The notes under the pieces are model-generated. The model ran no database searches. It was not told the DNA's origin and saw only the letters and a program-made list of their open reading frames with translations. From assembly GCA_050299335.1 (NCBI GenBank), contig JBNKVT010000021.1, forward strand, positions 76,756 through 140,755: DNA of 64,000 nucleotides. Direction: 5' to 3'. The DNA comes from Paracoccaceae bacterium. Lineage in GTDB: Bacteria > Pseudomonadota > Alphaproteobacteria > Rhodobacterales > Rhodobacteraceae. Made by a program: the position numbers and the translations under genes. This document shows positions 10,319 through 21,528 of the stretch, in pieces. The number at the start of each line of letters is the position of its first letter. The stretch's first letter is position 1.

Positions 10319-10615
10319 TTACTGGGTGCAGAACTGTGCCGAGGCATCGCCCCAGGCCCGGTAGCGGTCGAGGAAGGTCTTCTTGGCCTCGGTGCCGTAT
10401 TTGAATTCCAGATAGATATCCGGCTCGGCGATGATCTTGGCTGCATCGCGCTGGTCCGAGGCTGTCAGCATCTGGTCCGCGACGACTTGCGCGCAGGAAC
10501 AGACTTCCGGCCCCGGGGAGCGGTCCGACTGTAGGCAGGCCTTTTCGGTGATCCCGGCAGAATAAGCCGGCAAGGAGATGCAGAACAGGAAACCGGAAAG
10601 CAGAAGGGGCCGCAT
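10319..10615 (-). CDS. Small secreted hypothetical protein (signal peptide, 4 Cys)
   Basis: The N-terminus MRPLLLSGFLFCISLPAYSA looks like a signal peptide. Coding-like composition. It is convergent with rkpG. Confidence 0.5.
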   Translation of the reverse strand: MRPLLLSGFLFCISLPAYSAGITEKACLQSDRSPGPEVCSCAQVVADQMLTASDQRDAAKIIAEPDIYLEFKYGTEAKKTFLDRYRAWGDASAQFCTQ

Positions 10616-11220
10616 TATCGATGCCTCTCGTTAAGTTGCCGATCTTCACCCCCGCCGGGGACATTAACCTATTTTAGAGGTTTTCTCAACGGATCTGCGC
10701 CGATTTCGGGCGCGTTTCGCGGCGTCTCCGGTAGCCCTGTTCCGCGCCGAACAGGATTTTCGGCGGGCGATCCCGCGTTGCCTTCGGGAAACCGGGCACC
10801 TCAGAAGACGGCCCGAGACAATCGCCCCACGTCCGGGCCCTTGCGAAAGCGTCCAGGCTGCGGGCGGGAATTTCCAGCCTGTCGGGCAGACCCTGCACGA
10901 AATCCGCGGGGACGTGCCGGTTAGAGCGATGGCGAGGAAATCGGCAACGATTTCCGACTCGGACATCGCTTAAAATCAAATGGTTAGAGTGTCGTTCCTG
11001 ATTCAGAAATCAGGGACGATGCTCCAGCAAATGCGTTTCAAGGATCGGAATGAATTCGATTTGGCGCAAAATGCGATAATCTGTGACGAATGGGACTCAC
11101 ATCGGCAATATCTGGCGTGATTCCGGCAGACCCCCGCCAGATATAGTTGCGTTCCACCTCCTGCTCCTGTATCGGTGCAGCTACAGGTGCATATGGACGC
11201 GGTAATGCATTCTCTGACGG

Positions 11221-11262
11221 CGGGGCTCGTTTGTGCGACAGACGAGCCCCGCTTTCGTTTTT
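11221..11262 (+). terminator. Orphan Rho-independent terminator: GGGGCTCGT-loop-ACGAGCCCC followed by TTTCGTTTTT
   Basis: A perfect 9-bp GC-rich stem with an 11-nt loop and a U-tract. No annotated plus-strand gene lies upstream. Confidence 0.55.
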
Positions 11263-11927
11263 CTCTTGCAATTATTGGGGCCGGAACAGGAAAAGGCGCC
11301 AGGTGCTCAGACGCGGTCTTCGCATATGCCCTTGCGGACACTCCCTGACGCCTTCCTGAAACCTTCCACCCCAGAAGGGCATCCGGCCCAGATACGTGCC
11401 TTCCGAAGAAGGCCCGCTGCCGATCCAGTCCTAAGACCATCCCGACGCGCCCTGACCTTGAAACCGGCCGATCAAGATCCCTGAGAACCTGAGCGATCTG
11501 ACCCGTTTCTGAAACTCCTGTGGGAAAAGTCCGGTTCCGAAGTCCCGTTACCCCTCCCGCACGAGCCTCCGGCCCTTGCGCCCCACTTGAAGTCTTGCAA
11601 CCTCTTGCGGTAAGGAGAGGTTCACAAAAGCATGCCTATCCCGCAAGAAAAATTTCATGCAACAAGCAAGTTTTCTGGGGATAAACTGTGGGCTTCTCTG
11701 TTGGTCCAGTTGTGGATGAATTCCGATTATTCGTGTCGATCAGACGGATAGTCCGGGATAACCTCGATCCGTCAGAAAAAGGGCCAAATTCCTCACCGAA
11801 GCCCGGTTTCGGCACCTCGGAAGCCTGTGGCGCGGTTGCCAGATGATTCGGCGTGATGGAATCGGCGGGTTTTCAGATCGGCAGGCGGCGTGGTATGTCA
11901 GTGGAGACGCTGGAAGAGGACAGGGCG

Positions 11928-12071
11928 ATGAAGAAGCTTTTGACGATGGCGGTGCTGGGCTGGGTTTTGGCGCTGGCATCGGGCTGCGTGCCGCTGGCAG
12001 TGGGGGCCGGGGCTGTGGTGGTGACGGATGAGATCATCGAGGATGATCGCGGCGGGGACGGGCTGTTCTGA
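11928..12071 (+). CDS. Mini-lipoprotein (47 aa) with a lipobox LASGC and a Gly-zipper VGAGAVVV
   Basis: MKKLLTMAVLGWVLALASGCVPLAVGAGAVVVTDEIIEDDRGGDGLF. Confidence 0.45.
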   Translation: MKKLLTMAVLGWVLALASGCVPLAVGAGAVVVTDEIIEDDRGGDGLF

Positions 12072-12202
12072 TGTGGAAGATTCTGGCGCTGATCGGGGTG
12101 ATCCTGGTCTCGGGCTGCACACCGGTCGTGGTCGGGGCCGGAGCGGCCGTGGTGGCCGACGAGGTGGCCGAGCGGAAAAACGGCGGCAGAGGGCTGTTCT
12201 GA
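12071..12202 (+). CDS. Paralogous mini-lipoprotein (43 aa), lipobox VSGC
   Basis: MWKILALIGVILVSGCTPVVVGAGAAVVADEVAERKNGGRGLF. Its ATG overlaps the upstream stop (TGATG). It ends in GLF like its neighbour. It is below the ORF-track length cut-off. Confidence 0.45.
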   Translation: MWKILALIGVILVSGCTPVVVGAGAAVVADEVAERKNGGRGLF

Positions 12203-12325
12203 GGATCTTGCCGCGCGTGCAAGATGTCCGAACGCGCGATCCAGCCCGGCAACGAGCTTTCGGTCATGCGAACGTTGCGGGGTTTCGAAATCCGCCGCAT
12301 CCAGCCCCGCCGATGCTGGGCGCCT

Positions 12326-12436
12326 GAGCAAAACCGGATCAGATTGAATCAATCTGATCCCAGGATTTTGCTCAAACATTTGAATCTGGAGCAAAATTCT
12401 TTTTTCAGACTGATTCAGTCTGAAACGATTTTGGTC
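12326..12436. repeat. ~110-nt structured intergenic repeat, copy A
   Basis: Hairpin 1: GAGCAAAA-[GATCAGATTGAaTCAATCTGATC]-TTTTGCTC. Hairpin 2: GAGCAAAAT-[CAGACTGAtTCAGTCTG]-ATTTTGGTC. A near-identical copy lies at 60739-60848. Confidence 0.7.
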
Positions 12437-12582
12437 TACGGCGTATTGCGCCTGACCGGATTCACTTATTCATTCCGATCCGCGAGGCAGCGTTTGCGCA
12501 GCAAATGCGTTCGCGGTTTGGAATGAATTCGATTTGGCGCAAAATGCTATAGTCCGGCAGGGCCGTATGGCGTGGCGGCTGC

Positions 12583-13143
12583 TTATTCCGGCTCGATCCG
12601 ACCGCCTGACGCTTCTATGGCCGGCCCGACGCGCTCGGCCAGCACCCGTTGGGTCACCGGCCCCGCGAACCGCAGCACGACCCGGCCGGTTCCGTCGATG
12701 ACAAAGGTCTCCGGCACGCCGTAAACGCCCCAGTCGATCCCTGTCCGTCCGCCTTCATCGGTGCCGATGGCGGCATAGGGATTGCCGAGTTCGTCGAGGA
12801 AGGCCCGGGCGTTGTCGGGATTGTCCTTGTAGTTCACCCCGATGATCGTCACCCCGCGCCGCGCCAGCTCCGCGAGCGTCGGATGCTCCACCCGGCAGGG
12901 TCCGCACCAGCTGGCCCAGAAATTCACCAGTTTCACACCTGGTGCAGTCAGCGCCTCTCGGTTGGGGGCGGGGATATCCGCGCTCAGGGCGGGCAGGTCC
13001 AGAGCCGGGGCCAGCCTGCCCTCCAGCGCGCTGGGCAGCTCGTCGCGGCCGGCGCGGGAATTGCCGAAGGCGAATGCCAGGAGCAGCACCACGAAGATCA
13101 CCGGCGGCAGGATCAGGAGCCAGTTGAACCGCCGCTCAGCCAT
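12583..13143 (-). CDS. ccmG: Thiol:disulfide interchange protein CcmG/DsbE (cytochrome c maturation)
   Basis: WCGPC active site. N-terminal TM anchor. Confidence 0.85.
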   Translation of the reverse strand: MAERRFNWLLILPPVIFVVLLLAFAFGNSRAGRDELPSALEGRLAPALDLPALSADIPAPNREALTAPGVKLVNFWASWCGPCRVEHPTLAELARRGVTIIGVNYKDNPDNARAFLDELGNPYAAIGTDEGGRTGIDWGVYGVPETFVIDGTGRVVLRFAGPVTQRVLAERVGPAIEASGGRIEPE

Positions 13144-13297
13144 CGGTCTTGTCCTTCATCTGTTCCTCCAGCCGCGCCAGCCGCCGTTTCGCCGCCCGCG
13201 CCTCCGCCCAGGTCACCAGCACCAGCCCGGCGAGGATCGCCAAGGCCGAGACGTAGGCGCCGAGGACCACAAAGGCGTGTTTGCCGAGATCGGGCAT
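13136..13297 (-). CDS. ccmD: Heme exporter protein D CcmD (53 aa; below the ORF-track cut-off)
   Basis: Hand translation of the minus strand gives MPDLGKHAFVVLGAYVSALAILAGLVLVTWAEARAAKRRLARLEEQMKDKTDG. It lies between ccmC and ccmG and overlaps the ccmG start by 8 nt. Confidence 0.7.
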   Translation of the reverse strand: MPDLGKHAFVVLGAYVSALAILAGLVLVTWAEARAAKRRLARLEEQMKDKTDG

Positions 13298-13300
13298 CGG

Positions 13301-14023
13301 TCAGCCCAGCCTCTGCATCAGCGCACCGATCCGGCGGGTGCGGATTCCGGTGCGGGTGCGGATCAGCAGAAGCGTGACGAAAAGCAGCACGAACCCGGCG
13401 ATCGAAACGACCAGCGGGTACCAGAAGACGTCGGCGACATTCTCCTCTGCATCCAGCGACAGCGAGGCGCCCTGGTGCAGGCCCTGGTTCCAGAACAGCA
13501 CCGCATAGCGCGACATCAGCGCGAAGACCGAGCCGACCATGCACAGGACCGAGGTCAGGTCGGCGTTTTTCTCGGGGTCCTCGACCGCTCCGGCCAGGGC
13601 GATATAGCCGAGATAGAAGGCAAACAGCACCGCGAACGAGGTCAGACGCGGATCCCAGGCCCAATAGGTGCCCCAGGTCGGCTGACCCCAGAAGGCGCCT
13701 GTGAGGATCGCCACAACGGTCATGGTCGCGCCGATGGGCGCGGCGGCCCGTGCGGCCACGGCCGAAACATGATGCCGCCGCACCAGCCAGATCAGCGAGG
13801 CGGCCAGCATCATCAGCCAGCAATTGATCGCGACAAAGGCCGATGGCACGTGGATATAGAGAATCCGCGCCGTCGCCCCCATCCGGGAATCGTCCGGCGT
13901 GGCGAAGAACCCCCAGCCGAGCCCCAGGCCCAGGCAAAGCACGGTCAGCACGGCCAGCGGCGGCAGCACCCGGCCGCTCAGGGCCATGAATTCCACGGGA
14001 TTGGCGTATCTCCAGATCGACAT
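13301..14023 (-). CDS. ccmC: Heme exporter protein C CcmC
   Basis: The N-terminus MSIWRYANPVEFM is CcmC-like. Polytopic membrane protein with a WGTYWAWD Trp-rich motif. Confidence 0.85.
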   Translation of the reverse strand: MSIWRYANPVEFMALSGRVLPPLAVLTVLCLGLGLGWGFFATPDDSRMGATARILYIHVPSAFVAINCWLMMLAASLIWLVRRHHVSAVAARAAAPIGATMTVVAILTGAFWGQPTWGTYWAWDPRLTSFAVLFAFYLGYIALAGAVEDPEKNADLTSVLCMVGSVFALMSRYAVLFWNQGLHQGASLSLDAEENVADVFWYPLVVSIAGFVLLFVTLLLIRTRTGIRTRRIGALMQRLG

Positions 14024-14181
14024 GACGCTTGGTATCGCGCGGCCTGCCCCGTGGCAATGGCAAGCTCCTTCACGGACCGGTCACCGGGACCCGCAGGCCC
14101 AGCGGCGAAGCGTCTCCGCCGCGCCCGTTGGCGCCAGGCTGAGGTCCCCACCCCCTGCGTTGGGCTGACTTGGGGACGGCT

Positions 14182-16359
14182 CTATTCCCCCGCCACCCGC
14201 AGCGATTGCGGTGGCATCGGCGGCAGGCCCTCGCGCCAGGTCTGATTGCGGACGAATTCGATCAGGGCCGGCGAGGACATCGGCCTGCCATAGCCGAACC
14301 CCTGCAGGACGTCGCAGCCGCGCGAATTCAGCCACATGCCGTGCTCATGGGTCTCGACCCCTTCTGCCACCACGCCGACATTCAGCGAATGCCCGATCTC
14401 GATGATCGACCCGACAAGGGCGCGGGCATCGGCGCTTTCCAGGATCGGAAAGATGAATTGCTGGTCGATCTTGATCCGCGTCGGCTGCAGCCGGATCAGC
14501 GAGATCAGCGAGGAATGGCCGGTGCCGAAATCGTCCAGTTCGATCCCGCAGCCCATTTCCTTCAGCTGATCGAGGTTGAAAGCCAGAAGGTCGTCCTTGT
14601 CGTCCAGAAAGATCGATTCCAGCAATTCGATGGTCAGCCGCCGCGAATCGATCCCCGCCCGGGCGATATCGCCGACGAAATCCGTCTGTTTCAGCCGCTC
14701 GCCCGAGACATTGACCGAGACTTTCGGCACCTCGATCCCGGCCCGGTCCCAGGCGTCGCAATCCTGGGCCACCCGCTCCAGAACCGCCTCGTCGAGCGCG
14801 TGCACCAGGTTGGCCCGCTCCGCCACATCCATGAAGAAATAGGGGGTCAGGATGCCGCGCTCGGGATGGTCCCAGCGTACCAGTGCCTCGACCCCGGTCA
14901 GCTGCAGCGTGCCTGCATCGAATTGCGGTTGGTAGAAGGCCAGGAACTCGCCCGATTCGAGGGCGCGGCGGATGTCGTCGGCGGTACGCTTGCGCCGGAC
15001 GATTTCCTCCTGCAGTTCGGCGGTGAAAAGGGTCCAGCGGTTCCGGCCGGCCTGTTTGGCCTGATAGAGCGCGATATCGGCATTGATCAGATATTGCCGC
15101 GGGTCGTCATGTTCATTGTCGGCGATCGCGACACCGGCACTGGCCCCGAACCAGCATTCCTGACCCTTGTAGGAGACCGGTTCGCGCATCCGTTCGATGA
15201 TCCGGCTCGCCAGCGCGGCCAGCTGGTCGGAATCGGTTTCCTCGGTAAGGATGACGAATTCGTCGCCACCGACCCTGGCCACGAAATCGTCACGCGCGAG
15301 GCATCCCCGAAGATTCTGCGCCGCCACCTTGAGAATCATGTCGCCCGCATCATGGCCGAAAGCATCGTTGATCTCCTTGAAGCGGTCGAGATCGATATGC
15401 AGCACGCCGAAGGGCTTGTGGCGGGCCTTGCCACCGCCGACCCGAACCGAGAGCTCCTGATTCAGATAGCGCCGGTTGGCGAGTTCCGTCAGATCGTCAT
15501 GCAGCGAGGCATATTCGTTCCGCGCCCGCGCCCGGTCGAGATCGAAGGCGTAGCGCTCGAGCGCCTCTTTCTGGCGCAGGGTTTCGGTGACTTCGATTCT
15601 CAGGCTCACCAGGTCGTCCCGCGAGGTGCGCCGTTCGATCATCTTGTAGAACCGGCCGTGACCGATTTCGGCGATATGGTCCGCGCCGGGATTGCGGAAA
15701 TTCTCCATCCGACCGGCGATCCAGGCCTCCTTGTCCCCCGTGGCCGTTGGATAAAGGCCCTCCTGCAGATTGTTGCGGATCAGGTCTTCATACCTGACCC
15801 CGGGTCTGATCATCTCGCGCGAGACTTCGTTCTGCTGGAGGTATTTTTCGTTGCACATCACCAGCCGGTCATCGCCGTCATAGATCACGAAAGCGTCGTC
15901 CAGCGCCTCGATCGCCTGCACCAGCCGGTCCTGCGCCTGCTCGGCCCGACCCTTGGCCTCCTCAAGCTCGCAGGCGGCCTGTTTCTGCGCGGTGACGTCG
16001 CGCAGGACGCAGATCCAGAAGCGGAAGGTGCCGGTCTCGTCACGCAAGGGTTCCCAGGACATTTCCACCCAATAGGGCGTGCCGTCCTTGCGGTTGGTCT
16101 GCATCTCGTTGATGAAGCTTTCCCAGTTCATCAACTGGTCGATGATTTCGAGATGCCGCGCCCGGTCGGTATCCTTGCCGACCAGGAAGCGTGCCGGCTG
16201 GCCGACGGTTTCGTCGAAACTGTAGCCGGTCATCCGCTCGAAAGCTGGATTGCACCAGCGCAGGGTCATCACTGCGCCGTCGGTCAGGTCGACATCGGCG
16301 ATCAGGATCGCCTCGGAGGTAAATGCCCCCACATTCTGAACAACGGACTCGATCTTCAT
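14182..16359 (-). CDS. PAS-PAS-GGDEF-EAL signalling protein (diguanylate cyclase/phosphodiesterase)
   Basis: RVGGDEFVIL (GGDEF motif). EALVRW...ELLESIFLDD (EAL domain). N-terminal PAS repeats. RBS AAGGGGAAG. Confidence 0.85.
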   Translation of the reverse strand: MKIESVVQNVGAFTSEAILIADVDLTDGAVMTLRWCNPAFERMTGYSFDETVGQPARFLVGKDTDRARHLEIIDQLMNWESFINEMQTNRKDGTPYWVEMSWEPLRDETGTFRFWICVLRDVTAQKQAACELEEAKGRAEQAQDRLVQAIEALDDAFVIYDGDDRLVMCNEKYLQQNEVSREMIRPGVRYEDLIRNNLQEGLYPTATGDKEAWIAGRMENFRNPGADHIAEIGHGRFYKMIERRTSRDDLVSLRIEVTETLRQKEALERYAFDLDRARARNEYASLHDDLTELANRRYLNQELSVRVGGGKARHKPFGVLHIDLDRFKEINDAFGHDAGDMILKVAAQNLRGCLARDDFVARVGGDEFVILTEETDSDQLAALASRIIERMREPVSYKGQECWFGASAGVAIADNEHDDPRQYLINADIALYQAKQAGRNRWTLFTAELQEEIVRRKRTADDIRRALESGEFLAFYQPQFDAGTLQLTGVEALVRWDHPERGILTPYFFMDVAERANLVHALDEAVLERVAQDCDAWDRAGIEVPKVSVNVSGERLKQTDFVGDIARAGIDSRRLTIELLESIFLDDKDDLLAFNLDQLKEMGCGIELDDFGTGHSSLISLIRLQPTRIKIDQQFIFPILESADARALVGSIIEIGHSLNVGVVAEGVETHEHGMWLNSRGCDVLQGFGYGRPMSSPALIEFVRNQTWREGLPPMPPQSLRVAGE

Positions 16360-16501
16360 CTGGCTGAGACTTCCCCTTACCAGGGCGCGAGGTTAGGAAG
16401 AATTTGTGAACAATTGTTCAACACGTTCGCGTTTGTTCGGGTTTTGTCGCGCGCCTGTTTCGCCTTTGGGTGAATTGCCCCGCGAATTTCTTTCGATCCC
16501 C

Positions 16502-17167
16502 TTAACGCAACTGGACCCGCAGCACCCAGGCGGTGGCCGCCGGTGCGATCGCGAGGCAAACGAGGCTCACCCCACCGAGGACGGCAAGGACGGGCACCGG
16601 GTTGCCGCCGGTCGCGGCGCGAAGGATGATGAGCCCGCCGAAGATCAGCGTCGGAACGTAAAGCGGCAGCACCAGCACCGACAGCACCAACCCGCCGCGC
16701 CGCAGCCCCATGGTCAGCGCCGCGCCGAAGGCTCCGAGGAAACTCAGCGCCGGTGTGCCGCAGACGAGCGCCAGGACCAGCCATCCCAGCGCGCTGCCGG
16801 GCAGGTTCAGCGTCAGCGACATCAGCGGGGCGAGCACCACCAGCGGCAGCCCGGTGGTCAGCCAATGGGCGGCCGCTTTCACCGCGACCACGCCGGACAG
16901 CGGCAGGGGCGACAGGACAAGGATATCGAGCGTGCCGTCCTCGGCATCGCTCAGAAACAGCCGGTCGAGCGACAGAAGACAGGCCAGGAGCGCCCCGATC
17001 CACAGGATGCCCGGGGCGATCTTCGCAAGGATATCGGCATCGGGACCCACACCCAGCGGCACCAGCAGCACCAGAATGAAATAGAAGGCCAACCCCTGCG
17101 CCGCGCCGCCGCCGGCGCGCAGGGCCAGGCGCAATTCCCGCGCCAGAAGGGCCGTATAACTTCTCAC
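16502..17167 (-). CDS. ccmB: Heme exporter permease CcmB
   Basis: About 220 aa with 6 TM segments. The gene overlaps the ccmA stop. Confidence 0.8.
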   Translation of the reverse strand: MRSYTALLARELRLALRAGGGAAQGLAFYFILVLLVPLGVGPDADILAKIAPGILWIGALLACLLSLDRLFLSDAEDGTLDILVLSPLPLSGVVAVKAAAHWLTTGLPLVVLAPLMSLTLNLPGSALGWLVLALVCGTPALSFLGAFGAALTMGLRRGGLVLSVLVLPLYVPTLIFGGLIILRAATGGNPVPVLAVLGGVSLVCLAIAPAATAWVLRVQLR

Positions 17168-17814
17168 CCGAAAGCGCCCGTCATTGAGAACCCGCCAAAG
17201 GGATCGGTCGCCTGCGTGCCGCGATACGGCTCGATTTGCAACTCATCCGCTCTCAGCCCCAGATCGGTATGGGTCGCGATCACCGCCATCCCGCCGCTGT
17301 CGAGATGCGCCGTGACCGCGCCGATCAGGGCCGCAGCGCTTGCCGTGTCGAGCGAAACGGTCGGCTCGTCCAGCAACCACAGATCCCGTCGCGCCAGCAA
17401 CAGCCGCGCCAGCCCCAGCCTCCGCTTCTGCCCCGCCGAACACATCCCCGCCGGCCGATCGGCGAGCGCCGTCAGGTTCATCGCCGCCATCGCCGCCGGT
17501 GGCGCGCCACCGAAGAGCCCGGCCCAGAATTCCAGATTCTCCGCCACGCTCAGTTGCGGCTTGACCGCGTCGAGATGCCCGGCATAGGCCACCCGCTCGT
17601 CCCAGCCATCCCGGTCCTGCGGCGAGATCCCTTCCAGCCGCATCGTCCCCTCAAAGGGCACCAGCCCGGCCAGCACCCGCAACAGCGTGGTCTTCCCCGC
17701 CCCGTTCGGTCCACGCAGCATCAATGCCCGCCCCGCCGCCAGCGAAAAGCCGAGCCCGTCCAGCACCAGCCGGCCGCCGCGCACGCATCGCAGATTTTCA
17801 ACCTCAAGTCCCAT
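17164..17814 (-). CDS. ccmA: Heme exporter ATP-binding protein CcmA
   Basis: Walker A GPNGAGKTTLLR. ABC signature region present. About 216 aa. Confidence 0.85.
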   Translation of the reverse strand: MGLEVENLRCVRGGRLVLDGLGFSLAAGRALMLRGPNGAGKTTLLRVLAGLVPFEGTMRLEGISPQDRDGWDERVAYAGHLDAVKPQLSVAENLEFWAGLFGGAPPAAMAAMNLTALADRPAGMCSAGQKRRLGLARLLLARRDLWLLDEPTVSLDTASAAALIGAVTAHLDSGGMAVIATHTDLGLRADELQIEPYRGTQATDPFGGFSMTGAFG

Positions 17815-18208
17815 CCGTCCACTCCTAGAGCACCCGCCGCCGCAAGGGAACCACGCCGATAAAAGGCTCAGGTTTTGCCATTCCGGAGAAATGCGTCAAA
17901 TCCAGCCTCCATCGGGAAATCCTCGCCTTCAACTCCAAACCCTTCCGCCCGGGCCCCGAAATCTTTGCAAGATTTCGACCGCTTTCTTTCGAAGAAAGCG
18001 GCCCCTCGAAGGCGGGGTCAGGGTCCCGGTCTGAAGCGATCACCCCTCCCATGCGCAGAAAGCTGATCCATCTGCCCGGATTTTTTGCACCGCAGTAATT
18101 TTTTTGTATGCAATTGTACACTATCAACGCCTTCACCCTTGCAGCCCTTACCGGATTGAGGCATAGCAGCCTTGAATTCCGCCACAGCCAGACAGCCGGA
18201 GGCCCTTC

Positions 18209-20899
<2,691 letters not shown>

Positions 20900-20911
20900 C
20901 CGGATTCGTAG

Positions 20912-20988
20912 GATGGGTGGTTCCGCGCCACCGGCGCGGGTTCACCCATCGCCCTTGAGCGCCCGTAGGGTGCGTGGTTTCACGCACC
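20912..20988. repeat. REP-like hairpin pair downstream of acnA
   Basis: H1: GATGGGTG-gtt-CCGCGCC-acc-GGCGCGG-gtt-CACCCATC. H2: GTAGGGTGCGTG-gttt-CACGCACC. Confidence 0.65.
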
Positions 20989-21102
20989 ATTCGTCATGAA
21001 AATTCACGAGATTCCTTCGCATGACGCTCACCTCACTGCGATGCGCCATTCTCGATGCCGCCGAATATCGAGCCCAGGATACGCATCCTGCCCCTCCCCG
21101 CC

Positions 21103-21525
21103 TCAAACCCTCCCCCGCGTCACCCGCGCCGCACATTCCTTCAGCGCCGCTACCAACCGCCGAAACCCGCCCTTCGACATCCGTCCATAAACGAACCCGC
21201 CCCCCGGAGCCGACGGCCGCAGGTCATACCCCGGCCAGTCGAAAGCATTCAGATCGCGCAGGCAGACCCAATGCGCCGCCCCGTCCAGACCCATTTCGCG
21301 GCATTCCTCCGGCGTCAGCTCCAGATGATACCGCGCCGCGCCCGGACTGGGCGGGGAATGGGTAGCTGCGACCAGCCAGACCCGCTTGTTGACACCCTCG
21401 CCCACCACGACCACCACCGCGCATGGCCGGGCCTTGCGCCCCGTCTCGCGTCCCGCCTCCGCCTCTTCCCGGAACAGAAACTCATAGCCGATGACGAGGC
21501 CCGGTTTCGGGTCAGGCAGGCTCAA
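21103..21525 (-). CDS. Hypothetical 140-aa protein, putative toxin partner of the upstream Phd-like antitoxin
   Basis: There is a 4-nt gap to the antitoxin stop. No recognisable PIN or RelE motif. It has weak MazF/PemK-like N-terminal beta-strand features (GLVIGYEF...RPCAVVVVV). Confidence 0.4.
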   Translation of the reverse strand: MSLPDPKPGLVIGYEFLFREEAEAGRETGRKARPCAVVVVVGEGVNKRVWLVAATHSPPSPGAARYHLELTPEECREMGLDGAAHWVCLRDLNAFDWPGYDLRPSAPGGGFVYGRMSKGGFRRLVAALKECAARVTRGRV

Positions 21526-21528
21526 GGG

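Noticed and set aside
11003-11440. 145-aa Cys-rich minus-strand ORF in the AT-rich island
   Set aside because: It has no RBS and overlaps the orphan plus-strand terminator. Its composition is atypical. It is kept only as context for the sRNA hypothesis.
14170-16473. 767-aa plus-strand ORF
   Set aside because: It is antisense to the PAS-GGDEF-EAL gene, which has clear domain motifs, whereas this ORF has none.
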